Virus record (IMG/VR): IMGVR_UViG_3300032281_000336
Coordinates: 1-38,621 of that record
Reading direction: 5' to 3' (one strand)
Length of the DNA: 38,621 nt
DNA from: a virus
Lineage: Duplodnaviria > Caudoviricetes
Shown here: in pieces, positions 17,008 to 26,432 of the stretch
Numbering within the stretch: the first letter of the stretch is position 1
Layout: the number at the start of each line of letters is the position of its first letter
Notes under the pieces: generated by a model
What the model was told of the DNA's origin: nothing
Database searches by the model: none
Seen by the model: the letters and a program-made list of their open reading frames with translations, nothing else
Made by a program: the position numbers and the translations under genes

Positions 17008-20000
17008 GACTCAACAAAGCACACGGATAAGGAGATTCATTTAATATACTAACTTTTACGTCATCAGTACGGCAAAACACAGGGAATTTAAAGGCTCCAT
17101 CTTCCATGTGCATATAGTCAAGATTAGTTGGCCCAACCCCTAAATAATTAGGGACAAAGTTATAAAGATAAGTGTAATTATAGGTATCTCTATATTTAGG
17201 AGTCACTAGTACTTGGAAGAATCGGCTGTTGTCGTACAGCATAATCCCGTTCTTAAGCTGTAGTCTCCCGTCAGCTACCGCCGATTGACCCTTGCCAGAA
17301 GCAGAACGAAGGATTGGACGGCCTAGTTCATAAGTCATAGGGTACGGAATACCAATTACTCCAGTAACTCCTGTTAAATTAGCCTTTACAAATAATCTAG
17401 TATTAGAGCAATACCCAATCGAGCCAGCTACAGGCACTCCCGCTACTCCAGAAGAGTTGTAAATTGCATAGTAAGTATCGTAAGCTACTCCAGTACTACT
17501 TATAAATTGATAAGGACTTTTGTTATACATCAGTCCAGTTGTTCCAAAATTAAGAGATGAAGCACTAATATAGCTGGGAAATAGATAGCCATTAATAGTC
17601 GGGTTATTAGCATCTCTATAAAAAGAAAAAATCTTACTATTAGAAGAATGAAAAGTTAATCTAAAATAATAAGTTTTTTCTTCAGCACCTCCTTTTAATT
17701 CAACAGGAGCGTCAAAATCGGTTGCAACGGGAGTTACGGGTGCACTTCGTATTCCTATCTGAGAAAAATCTGAATTATTATTACTATAAAATAATGTTAC
17801 TATACCATTTGGAGGTGACGAATTAACATTTGTAAGAAAATTATAAATACCAGTTAAATAAAAACTTTTATATTTACCCAACGTAATAGAAAATTCAACA
17901 AACTGATTTGTGGACATTGCTAAAGAAGCACTAGTAGCAAAAGACCCTACTGGAGTTAGAAAATATCTGTATCCAGAACCAAAAAGACCTTCTGTACTCG
18001 AAAATCCAGAACCTATTTTAAAATTATTAATTGTTATATCTGAAGTAGATAAGAAAGAATAATTAGGTATGGTAGGCGTATTAAAACCAGTCGTGGCAGA
18101 AAAAGGAGCAACATAAGAATTGTAAGGGCTTGTAATCTTTATTTGGCTTTGAGTTAAAGGAATAATAGTTCTATTATTTAAAGTAATAAGTGAAAAAGTC
18201 CCGTCCCCGTTACTTAAAGTAGAGGACAAGGTAAAATTAGAAGATTTATAATCTACAAGAGCTTGAATATTTGGAGTACCGATAGCGTCCTTTTTAGTAG
18301 TGTCTAAATCTAAAGACACCATAGATAACTCTGTATCAGAAGAACCTACACTTTCTATAATAAAATAGATTTTGTCTCTTTTTATGTAAGCCAGCTTTAC
18401 ATTATTGTTAATACCAAACGACCATTTTGACCAAGCTGATTGAACTTTTTCATCCCCAGAATAAAAGAATTTGTAAACGCCTACTTCATGTGGTTTAGTG
18501 TCCCCCAAGCAGAGCAATACGGATGATATGTCAGAACCAGCAAATTTACTTATTCCACCATTAAGATAACTAGGGACATTAGCACTAATATCGTTGCCAT
18601 CCAATAGGATTGTATTAGGGTTAATAAAGTACTCTTGTACGCCCGAATAATCTGTTTTTCTGTAAGAAAAGTAAATTTTATTTCCAATAGCGACTGGTTC
18701 TGCTGTAACATCAACATTAAAGGAAGTGCTTTGCTGTAAAGAAACTGATCTGGTAGTCATCTCTCCATCAGATTGTAAAGAGAATTGAATACCATCAGCA
18801 AATAGCACTACTCTGTCGTAGAATGGAACAGCATGGTACAAAGTACCGATTTCAGTTGTAGACGAAGTAATATCAATAGGGTCTGAATCTAAAACTTGTG
18901 CTGTCGATGCTTTAAAGAAATTAAAAAACTCCCCAGCTTCGCTCATTATTACTGATTCTCCAGCCAGAAACCCAAGTCGATTTTTAAAGAAGAACAAATT
19001 ATTTATTGTTTTACCGATAAAACTAGGGTTTGGATTGCTTTCTAAATCTCCCGAATCTCGGCTTCCCCAAGAAGGAGCAGTATACGCCTTAGTTCCGCTA
19101 CTACCCCCGCCAAGCGTATAGGTTGCAGTAGCTCCATTTAAAGGAGTAAATAAAAAGTTATTCGAGTCCAACTTAACAATAGCATGAGGCATAGTGGCCG
19201 AATCTAATTTATATTGAATACTTGGCCCACCAGTTTCCGACCAAGTACCCTCATTAACCGCAAAGATTCCTACAGGAGAGGTAGCAGACCCACCAACCAA
19301 AAACGCTCCAGTATAATTACTATCATGCTTTACATAATACTCGTCGCCATCCGATTCTGGAATACCAGTAATTTTAGCAATAAAGCCGTGAGGAGCAATA
19401 ATGGGTAAATCTGAAAAACTTTGTACGTCATCTTTTACACTATAAAAAATAGTTCCTGCATAGCCGTCATTAACAATGATTTTAAAATCTAAAGAAGAAT
19501 GTTGAATATATACATTAGAGCCAAACGAAGCTATTCTTCCTCCTGCAGTCCAAGCATTATTCTGGACACCATTCGATAATTTAGTTGCTATATCAGTAGC
19601 TATTACTGAAGGTGTTCCTCCTAAAGAAGCTGAATCGGGATTCCACTCTGTACTGGTTCCAGAGGCTTGCACATAAAGAACATCATTAGTTCCTATTACT
19701 TGAACAGACCAGCTTATTTCGCCACTTGGTCTTTGTCTGTTATTTCCAGTATATCCAGTTTTAACAACAACCATCCCTTGATTTACTTGAGTACCGCCAA
19801 AACCAGCGGTAGCTTTAGTTGACAGGTCAGCAGATAAAGCTGTTGTTTTAGCACTATTTACTAAAAATGTGTAATCAGCTATTGAAAGGCTCTTAATGTT
19901 ATTACCAAGAGTTTCTGTAGTAAGAGAAGAAAAATAAGAATTTATAGCTGTTTGATTATTGCCGTAATACAGGACATTTTTTTCATTACCGGCTAGATCA

Positions 20001-20365
20001 AAAATTTTAAGGGTTTTATCGCTTGTTGCTGGGTTGTTAAAAACAATTCCAAAGTAATCAGTAAACTCACCAGAAGAAATAGTGAAGTATTTTAATGGCG
20101 TTAATTTAGGATATACAGCATTACCACTAGCCCCATAGGGATAAGTAGCAACACCCGCAGGTTGATTAAAGTTTATTTCTGTAAGTAATGAAGTAGAGGG
20201 TCGCTTAATTAAGCCGTCTACAACGCTAGATACAGCATTTATCTGTTCATAAGCTTGTGTAGTCAGCTTAAAAGAATCGGCTTGTTGGGATACTCCAGAA
20301 ATAAGATTAGGTACACTTGTCCTAATAAGGCTCCGTGAGGCTCCCTTAACATCTGCTATTGCCAT
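16961..20365 (-). CDS. Tail tubular protein B / nozzle (gp12-like), enlarged
   Basis: PNLISGVSQQ N-terminus, ADYTFLVN, NPNPSFIG, FFKNRLGFL, QSAWSKW, GRLQL, C-terminal WEA. Confidence 0.93.
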   Translation of the reverse strand: MAIADVKGASRSLIRTSVPNLISGVSQQADSFKLTTQAYEQINAVSSVVDGLIKRPSTSLLTEINFNQPAGVATYPYGASGNAVYPKLTPLKYFTISSGEFTDYFGIVFNNPATSDKTLKIFDLAGNEKNVLYYGNNQTAINSYFSSLTTETLGNNIKSLSIADYTFLVNSAKTTALSADLSTKATAGFGGTQVNQGMVVVKTGYTGNNRQRPSGEISWSVQVIGTNDVLYVQASGTSTEWNPDSASLGGTPSVIATDIATKLSNGVQNNAWTAGGRIASFGSNVYIQHSSLDFKIIVNDGYAGTIFYSVKDDVQSFSDLPIIAPHGFIAKITGIPESDGDEYYVKHDSNYTGAFLVGGSATSPVGIFAVNEGTWSETGGPSIQYKLDSATMPHAIVKLDSNNFLFTPLNGATATYTLGGGSSGTKAYTAPSWGSRDSGDLESNPNPSFIGKTINNLFFFKNRLGFLAGESVIMSEAGEFFNFFKASTAQVLDSDPIDITSSTTEIGTLYHAVPFYDRVVLFADGIQFSLQSDGEMTTRSVSLQQSTSFNVDVTAEPVAIGNKIYFSYRKTDYSGVQEYFINPNTILLDGNDISANVPSYLNGGISKFAGSDISSVLLCLGDTKPHEVGVYKFFYSGDEKVQSAWSKWSFGINNNVKLAYIKRDKIYFIIESVGSSDTELSMVSLDLDTTKKDAIGTPNIQALVDYKSSNFTLSSTLSNGDGTFSLITLNNRTIIPLTQSQIKITSPYNSYVAPFSATTGFNTPTIPNYSFLSTSDITINNFKIGSGFSSTEGLFGSGYRYFLTPVGSFATSASLAMSTNQFVEFSITLGKYKSFYLTGIYNFLTNVNSSPPNGIVTLFYSNNNSDFSQIGIRSAPVTPVATDFDAPVELKGGAEEKTYYFRLTFHSSNSKIFSFYRDANNPTINGYLFPSYISASSLNFGTTGLMYNKSPYQFISSTGVAYDTYYAIYNSSGVAGVPVAGSIGYCSNTRLFVKANLTGVTGVIGIPYPMTYELGRPILRSASGKGQSAVADGRLQLKNGIMLYDNSRFFQVLVTPKYRDTYNYTYLYNFVPNYLGVGPTNLDYMHMEDGAFKFPVFCRTDDVKVSILNESPYPCALLSLEWEALYSARSKRIG

Positions 20366-20368
20366 AAA

Positions 20369-20962
20369 TTAAACTATATAACGCCTGTAGGCAGTTACTT
20401 TAGCTACATCATATTGATCAAAAATATTATGGTTTGCTGTCTCATCTTCTGAATCTTGTAAAGCCATAAGAGCTGTAGTCTCTTCTTCAGCACTAAAAGC
20501 TGAACCTGTTGAATCACCAATCATTCTCTGTTGAAACAACCTAGCAGACCTAACTACAATATAGTATCTGGCTTGTTCTGGAAGGTCTGTAAAAGGAAGC
20601 AAGTAAACAATTTCAGCTTTAATAGCTGAATCAAACAAAAATGTTTTGTTCTTTTTGTCGTAAAGACGTGTGCCTCTTTGGACAATATCAATGTTTGTAT
20701 AAGTACGTTTATCAATACTGATTCTTACAACATTGTTACCAAGAGTAATTTCTTTTGTACTTACATTCGGAGTAAGGGTAACTTCTTTTTCAGTATTCCA
20801 ATTCCAACCTTTAATCTGCGTTGCACGATCTACTTCTTGAAGGATGAGTTGAGCAATCCGAGTATCGGCGGTAGAGGCACTAATGCTATTGACAGGAGAC
20901 TCACCAATGGTGGTCAGCATTGTGTTGATTGCATCAAGCTCTGTGGAGGCAATTACTGGCAT
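20369..20962 (-). CDS. Tail tubular protein A / adaptor (gp11-like)
   Basis: TELDAINTMLTTIGESPV, GWNWNTE, RGTRLYD, LPEQARYYI. Confidence 0.93.
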   Translation of the reverse strand: MPVIASTELDAINTMLTTIGESPVNSISASTADTRIAQLILQEVDRATQIKGWNWNTEKEVTLTPNVSTKEITLGNNVVRISIDKRTYTNIDIVQRGTRLYDKKNKTFLFDSAIKAEIVYLLPFTDLPEQARYYIVVRSARLFQQRMIGDSTGSAFSAEEETTALMALQDSEDETANHNIFDQYDVAKVTAYRRYIV

Positions 20963-20977
20963 AGGGTTAATTTATAC

Positions 20978-21080
20978 AAAAAAGAGACCGCCAGCCAAGC
21001 TTAAATTCACTTCACTCGCCAAAGGGAAACACAATAACCTTTGGTTTGCCGAGGATGTGACAAGCTTGACTGACGGCCCC
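20978..21080 (-). ncRNA. ~100-nt extended hairpin plus U6 tract after the capsid gene (terminator position; candidate sRNA)
   Basis: 19-bp basal stem (21080-21062 with 21002-20984, 4 G-U pairs), inner helices UCAC/GUGA, CUCG/CGAG and CCAAAGG/CCUUUGG, 12-nt apical loop. Confidence 0.65.
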
Positions 21081-21096
21081 TAGAGTACCTAGTTAA

Positions 21097-22083
21097 TTAG
21101 GTGTTGGTAATTTCAACCGCACACTCTGGACGGAGAACACCATGACCGACAGCATACTTGGCAACCATGAGGGTTGCTTGACGCTCGATCTGATATTCGC
21201 TCTCAACACCGATGTCGAGGAGCTTAACAGTACCAGTAGCATTAGGATGGAACACCACGCAAGCAGTCTTGGCAAAATAGCCTTGACGTGAGCTATGAGT
21301 GTTAGCATCGCTGGACAAGTCCGTGGAAGGAATGTTGTTGCTCTTAACGATGGTTGCACCACCGATCATAGCAATCTTTCCGTTCTCAAACACGCCAGTA
21401 ACGCCAGTATAAGGAGCTTTGAAGTCGCCCTTTGTGAGAGCTTCTACAACGAGCCAATACTGGGCAGGGCGAAGAGCTACATAGCGGTTATCGGAAGGAA
21501 CATCGTTCTCATCCAATTTCCGCAACGCAATCAACACCTGCTGTGCAAGTACCACGCCGTCTGTCAATGCGTTAGCAACTGACAAAACATTAGCACTAGC
21601 GTTCCAAGCATTTTCAGCTCCACCAGAGGCGAAGTTAGAAGCTACTCGAGCTGCGATAATGGTTGTCTGTGCAACAGCCTTATCAAACGTCTTAGCCAAC
21701 GCACGACCAATTTCAGACGAATAGACGGAACGCACATCATAGTGGTTCATCGCTTCATCGAGGTTGGAAAGCATCGCAGAAGAGGTCAAGAGACCTTCGA
21801 TTGCAATAACTTTTTCCGTGTGGGCCATATTGTTGAGGTAAGTACCCGTTTCAATCAAGCTGTCCCCCGGAGTGTGGTACTTGGACAGAGCCACGCCCAC
21901 AGCAGGGAATTGAGCCGATTTACCATTTTGAATGGTACGAGTGTTAGTGAGGTCTTTAAACACAGCCTCGGTTTCAAAAGTCGTCAGCACTTCGCCAGCG
22001 AACTTTTTAAGGAACAATTCGGATGCGTCTGCGCTACCGCCTTGTTTCTCACCGGGCCGAGAGATAACATTGGATAATGCCAT
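21097..22083 (-). CDS. Major capsid protein (gp10-like)
   Basis: LFLKKFAGEVLTTF, RTIQNGKSAQFP, YDVRSVYSSEIGRALA, GHGVLRPECA. Confidence 0.97.
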   Translation of the reverse strand: MALSNVISRPGEKQGGSADASELFLKKFAGEVLTTFETEAVFKDLTNTRTIQNGKSAQFPAVGVALSKYHTPGDSLIETGTYLNNMAHTEKVIAIEGLLTSSAMLSNLDEAMNHYDVRSVYSSEIGRALAKTFDKAVAQTTIIAARVASNFASGGAENAWNASANVLSVANALTDGVVLAQQVLIALRKLDENDVPSDNRYVALRPAQYWLVVEALTKGDFKAPYTGVTGVFENGKIAMIGGATIVKSNNIPSTDLSSDANTHSSRQGYFAKTACVVFHPNATGTVKLLDIGVESEYQIERQATLMVAKYAVGHGVLRPECAVEITNT

Positions 22084-22112
22084 ATTATTTCTAGCTTTCT
22101 TTTGTTGTGTTG

Positions 22113-22237
22113 AAGCCCGATTAAATCACACGATTCAAAACGAACTCCAACAATTCTTGGTTGTTCGCTCTGGTATATCAATCTGTTGCACCAGCGATTG
22201 TCCTCCGCAGAGGGTCGGGGCTTAGGAAAGCTTTTCC
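22113..22237 (-). promoter_or_regulatory. Structured 5' leader of the capsid gene
   Basis: Closing helix AAGCCCCGA/UCGGGCUU encloses hairpins CCUC-UGCG-GAGG, CUGGU..ACCAG and CGAAC..GUUCG. Confidence 0.5.
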
Positions 22238-22250
22238 AAAACTTGAGTGT

Positions 22251-22517
22251 TTATTTACTAGATTGAGGAGCTTTGTCAAGCCCTTCTTTAGCGTCAGCCC
22301 CTACAGAACCAGCGTACCAACCTTCGGGAATCTTTATCTTGTTCTGGCTCAATGCCCAATGCTCACCATCCCACACATAAACTTGACCAGTTACATTCGG
22401 CCCAATACGAACAAACCCACCAGACTCATCTACGAATACTACCTTTTTTGAGTCGGTTAAACTCGCACACCCTGTCGTTAAAAGCCCTACGAATATAAAG
22501 AGGCGGGGGAGAGCCAT
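22251..22517 (-). CDS. Lipoprotein (o-spanin-like)
   Basis: MALPRLFIFVGLLTTG-C lipobox; overlaps the upstream TM ORF; ATG at 22517 preferred. Confidence 0.65.
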   Translation of the reverse strand: MALPRLFIFVGLLTTGCASLTDSKKVVFVDESGGFVRIGPNVTGQVYVWDGEHWALSQNKIKIPEGWYAGSVGADAKEGLDKAPQSSK

Positions 22518-22611
22518 CAGAAGCTTTAACTTCACGGACGGCCCTCCCCGCCAACGAGGATACCCAAGCTTGCACTAGATAGGCAAGAGCTTGAAATATC
22601 GCCAACCACAC
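22426..22611 (-). CDS. Small N-terminally anchored membrane protein (i-spanin-like)
   Basis: Hydrophobic N-terminus; fills the gap between the holin-like and lipoprotein genes. Confidence 0.45.
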   Translation of the reverse strand: MWLAIFQALAYLVQAWVSSLAGRAVREVKASDGSPPPLYIRRAFNDRVCEFNRLKKGSIRR

Positions 22612-22616
22612 TATTG

Positions 22617-22808
22617 TTACTCTTTGTTCTTAAGGGACAACCTTGCCCCAGTATAGCCAAGTGCAACAAGGGCAGTAGTGGCTACCCCTAGAATCTGTTG
22701 CCAAGCTCCTTCTGCGGGAATGAGACCGCTGGCTGATACAGCACCAATAATCATGGCGACTACGGACAACCAGAACTCTGTAGTTTTGTAACCTGCTTTA
22801 TTTTGCAT
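22617..22808 (-). CDS. Two-TM holin-like protein
   Basis: MQNKAGYKTTEFW followed by two hydrophobic helices and a basic C-terminus; AAGGAG SD upstream of ATG 22808. Confidence 0.7.
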   Translation of the reverse strand: MQNKAGYKTTEFWLSVVAMIIGAVSASGLIPAEGAWQQILGVATTALVALGYTGARLSLKNKE

Positions 22809-22821
22809 ATATATATCTCCT

Positions 22822-23580
22822 TTAGTTGAATACATTAGACCTGCCAAGCTTTTCTTCAACATCCTTTCGGTAGGCCGTATCAGATTTATACTTGGGGTTT
22901 TTCATGGCTTCAACGACTTCTGCTGTGCTTCTAAATACATCAGTTGGGCCAGAAATCCTCGTATCTCCAGCTAGGAGCCTTGGTTCCCGACCACCGATAC
23001 CGCTTTTAAACCGAGCATACATACCTTTAACAGCAAAAGAGGCTTGTTCTCTATTACCGCTAGATACAGCTTGATTATAGATATTCAAGTCATCTTCAGA
23101 CAGGTTCTCACTTGCCCATTCACTCATCGCTTTAAATTCAGTTTCACCGCCTACATCAGCGATGATAGCGTTAGATTCAGCCTGTTGGGTCGCCTCAAAG
23201 CCTTTCATATACTGATCGACATACTCTTTAGGGATGCCTTTTGTAGCCAATTCAGTATAAGTCTCATCAGAGAGCTTCCCGTTGGAGAAGTACTCTTCGC
23301 TGTACTTTTGGAAGCCAGCTACGGGCTGTTGGGTTCCGTCTTGAGGCTGGTCTGTCTTGGTTGCATCTTGTTTAGGCTGGCTGAATCGTTTCTCTAATTC
23401 AGAGTAGGATTTAGCCATTTCTTCTGGAGATTTAAACTTCTCTGGAAGCCAAGTAGGACGAACCTCTTGAGTAGTTGTTTGGTTATCCTGCTGGATAAGA
23501 CCGCCACCTCTAGGGTCAGCAATAGGCTGATTAGGTGCGTCAGCAGGTGTTTGAGTTACGGGTGTGCTAACTGCTTGCAT
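22822..23580 (-). CDS. Capsid scaffolding protein (gp9-like)
   Basis: RPTWLPEKF, MAKSYSELEK, VGGETEF, AMKNPKYKSDTAYR; follows the portal. Confidence 0.93.
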   Translation of the reverse strand: MQAVSTPVTQTPADAPNQPIADPRGGGLIQQDNQTTTQEVRPTWLPEKFKSPEEMAKSYSELEKRFSQPKQDATKTDQPQDGTQQPVAGFQKYSEEYFSNGKLSDETYTELATKGIPKEYVDQYMKGFEATQQAESNAIIADVGGETEFKAMSEWASENLSEDDLNIYNQAVSSGNREQASFAVKGMYARFKSGIGGREPRLLAGDTRISGPTDVFRSTAEVVEAMKNPKYKSDTAYRKDVEEKLGRSNVFN

Positions 23581-23607
23581 TGTGTGTTTACTCCTTTGTT
23601 GTGTTGT

Positions 23608-25194
23608 TTACTGACTAGGTTGAGGCTGTTGCTGATATTGGCTAAAGGCTTGGGCTAGTCCAGCTTTAAATTCTGGGCTGTCGTTAGCAATCTGACCAGC
23701 AGTTGAAATAGCTTGAGGGCCAAGAGCTTCCGTCATACGAGCCATCATCTCATTTTGGCTGGCTCCTTGAGCTTCTTGGGCTACTGCTTGTTGATCTTTA
23801 ATCAGTCCTTCAATATCAATACCAAGGCTTGTAGCCCTTCTGGTAAGGTAGTTGTCCATGTTAATGAACTGAGCCAGCCCTTGTGGGCCTAGAATCGAAG
23901 CGATGCCCTGCACGAAGAGGTCTAGCTTATTCAAGTCACTAGCTCTGCCTAAAGCGTCCACACCAGTAGTAACGACTGGCCGAATGATCTTATTGTCGAT
24001 CTTAGGAAGCCTGTTCTGTCGTTGCATCCTATCCATAATCCGTGAAACCAAGGGTAGCTGAAACTCTTGGGAAAGGACGCTGTAAGCACCACCTAAAGCC
24101 GTTTCAATCTCATTAGAGAGGTAACGGATTTCTTCAGCAGTCACACGCTCTGCATTACGGACAGCAGAGGCATTAAGAAGGAAAGCATAACCTAAACGCA
24201 GGGTAATAGCTTCCATGACGTTTTGAGCGATACGAAGGTCAGCTTGTTTCTCTACCTGCAAGCAAGCTACGTCATTCCTGTCACCTGTGATGATTGCACC
24301 ATTACGAGCCTCGGCCAGCATCTTCTTATTGGTTACTCCGTTAGGACGCACCAAGAATACGACTTTAGCAGAAGCAGAAGAAGCCTCTACGACTGATTGG
24401 GTAAGAGCCTCAAGCGACCTTAAATCGCCAAGATACTCCTCTACAAAACCACGCCCATAATCTTCACCATCTACTCTAATAAATCGAAGAGTAATCCAAG
24501 GAAGCTTATCTAGTTCATATTCGCCCTCAGAGCCGGGGATAATGTTGTCTTTAATTGTCTGGTAAACATACCATTTGTCATTTTTCCTGTGGATACAGGT
24601 AAACAACTCAATATTAGGCTCATTCGACTCGCTCTTTGCTACAAGTTTCTTTGCTTCCTCTGGGAGAGCAGTAACAGAAAGCTTTTCACGGGTAACTATG
24701 TCCAGCACATTACCGAATGAATCACGCTTAACGACATAGTTCTCTAGTCTAAACACACGCAACCCGCCAGTAGCAGGAAGATATAGCAAGCAGTTCCCGC
24801 CGACAAGAAGATGCCTCAAGGCTTCAAATGTAGCTACACGGACTGAAGAAGTCTCAATGTCAGTCATAATGGCTTTTTCAACGCCAGCCAAAGCTTTCTC
24901 CATCTCTGCTTTGAGTGTCTGGTCGCCTTGAAGCTTTTTGAACTTAAACTCATCAATAGAGAATTTAAAGAATGGTTGGTTAGGCGGTAAAAGAGCTAGA
25001 AGCAATTTACTAGCCAGATTGTTTACACCTCTAGCTCCTATGCCTTGAAATGGGGTGCTGTATTCAGTAGCAGAGCCGTGACCAGAAGGAGGAATTAGGG
25101 TGGGGATTGTCAGTTCGGAGCAGTCCCTAGCCCGATCTAGGTAAGTACTTCTAGCTAGCTCCAATTCAGAATATAAAGATTTTCCAGTTTTCAT
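23608..25194 (-). CDS. Portal / head-tail connector (gp8-like)
   Basis: QGIGARGVNNLASKLLLALLPP, GEDYGRGFVEEY, AERVTAEEIR, TGVDALGR. Confidence 0.97.
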   Translation of the reverse strand: MKTGKSLYSELELARSTYLDRARDCSELTIPTLIPPSGHGSATEYSTPFQGIGARGVNNLASKLLLALLPPNQPFFKFSIDEFKFKKLQGDQTLKAEMEKALAGVEKAIMTDIETSSVRVATFEALRHLLVGGNCLLYLPATGGLRVFRLENYVVKRDSFGNVLDIVTREKLSVTALPEEAKKLVAKSESNEPNIELFTCIHRKNDKWYVYQTIKDNIIPGSEGEYELDKLPWITLRFIRVDGEDYGRGFVEEYLGDLRSLEALTQSVVEASSASAKVVFLVRPNGVTNKKMLAEARNGAIITGDRNDVACLQVEKQADLRIAQNVMEAITLRLGYAFLLNASAVRNAERVTAEEIRYLSNEIETALGGAYSVLSQEFQLPLVSRIMDRMQRQNRLPKIDNKIIRPVVTTGVDALGRASDLNKLDLFVQGIASILGPQGLAQFINMDNYLTRRATSLGIDIEGLIKDQQAVAQEAQGASQNEMMARMTEALGPQAISTAGQIANDSPEFKAGLAQAFSQYQQQPQPSQ

Positions 25195-26429
25195 GCAGAA
25201 AGATTCACATCACGTCTAATCCAATGTAATAGACCAGTAGGGCCATAAAAATTTTGTTCAATCAAGGTATTGTACCAGCCAGCTTGAGGAAGCACAAGAG
25301 GATTAGTTGAAAAATGTGTCAGAGTACTTCCAGCATCATCATTATAAAATGTCCAATTTGGAAAACTCTGTCCAGATACCGCTTGTGTTCCCGGTGCTAT
25401 TAACATAGTATAATAATCTGTATAATAAATACCTGTTCCTGTAGTTGATTCAAGTGCAGCATTACTGCCAGCATCAACATAAGTTCCACTCCAAACATCG
25501 TAAATGTCATTTACATTAATTGAAGTTATTCCTGCCAACAACTTGCTTAAAACAGCTCTTTTAAATACTTTTTGTTGGTTAAGAATGGGTAAGAATCTAA
25601 AAGTGGAACTTGACTGACGAGCGATATAAATACCATCTCCATTTTGAATTGGGTAATCTCCTGTTGGTAATCCGGGGTATGTGTCTGTACCAGAACTAAT
25701 TCTCCAAACATTATCTGTTCCTACATAAGCCCTGTATCGTCTTTGTGTTGTGGTTAGACCAAACCCAGACACATTTGGATTTGGAAATACATTTATTGTA
25801 TCGGCTCCACTAACTAAACTGCTTTTCTTTAAAAAATTAGTATCAAATAAATTGCTTAAAGTACTTGAATTGCCCGATTGGTAAACATAAACATTTTCTC
25901 TATAACTTCTGTTTTCAGTAGAGCTTGTTTTATAAGTTCCTCCTACTCCAGAATTATTAGTAAAAGTCAAAGAATCTAATATAGATACAAAGTTTGAATA
26001 AGAATTGGGGTCTATTAATTCAATCTCATCAGTACCACTATTTTGACCGCCAACCCATCCTCTTTTGGGAATAAGAGTGGCCGTTCCAGTAGCCGACCAG
26101 CTAGTTATTGTAGAAGATGTAGTGGTATTTACTAGCGATAAAGTCCAAGTTTGAGTACCAGAAGTGTACGACAATTCAAATTTACTATTCGCACCATTAA
26201 AAAAATTAGTGTCGGAAATAAAAATAGGATTGCTACTTCCTTGTTTTACTAGAGGCCCGTTTGGAAGTGTATAATTGTGTGAAGCTAACCTCCAATTCGC
26301 ATTGGTGTCTGTAAAACCTAAAATAGTTATTTCAGACGTTGAATCAAGGGGCAAGAAAAGCGTTAAGTCTAGGCCACCCCCAGCAAAGCTATGTCTTGTC
26401 AAATCTAGTCCTAATCCTAGTTGTGGCAT
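25191..26429 (-). CDS. Ser/Thr-rich virion fibre, probable head spike
   Basis: N-terminal LGLGLDL motif, beta-rich composition, AT-rich DNA. Confidence 0.6.
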   Translation of the reverse strand: MPQLGLGLDLTRHSFAGGGLDLTLFLPLDSTSEITILGFTDTNANWRLASHNYTLPNGPLVKQGSSNPIFISDTNFFNGANSKFELSYTSGTQTWTLSLVNTTTSSTITSWSATGTATLIPKRGWVGGQNSGTDEIELIDPNSYSNFVSILDSLTFTNNSGVGGTYKTSSTENRSYRENVYVYQSGNSSTLSNLFDTNFLKKSSLVSGADTINVFPNPNVSGFGLTTTQRRYRAYVGTDNVWRISSGTDTYPGLPTGDYPIQNGDGIYIARQSSSTFRFLPILNQQKVFKRAVLSKLLAGITSINVNDIYDVWSGTYVDAGSNAALESTTGTGIYYTDYYTMLIAPGTQAVSGQSFPNWTFYNDDAGSTLTHFSTNPLVLPQAGWYNTLIEQNFYGPTGLLHWIRRDVNLSA

Positions 26430-26432
26430 AAA

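Noticed and set aside
21093-21362. T7 10A/10B-style frameshift extension of the capsid
   Set aside because: The alternative frame ends only 4 nt beyond the capsid stop, so it adds no domain; no clear slippery site seen.
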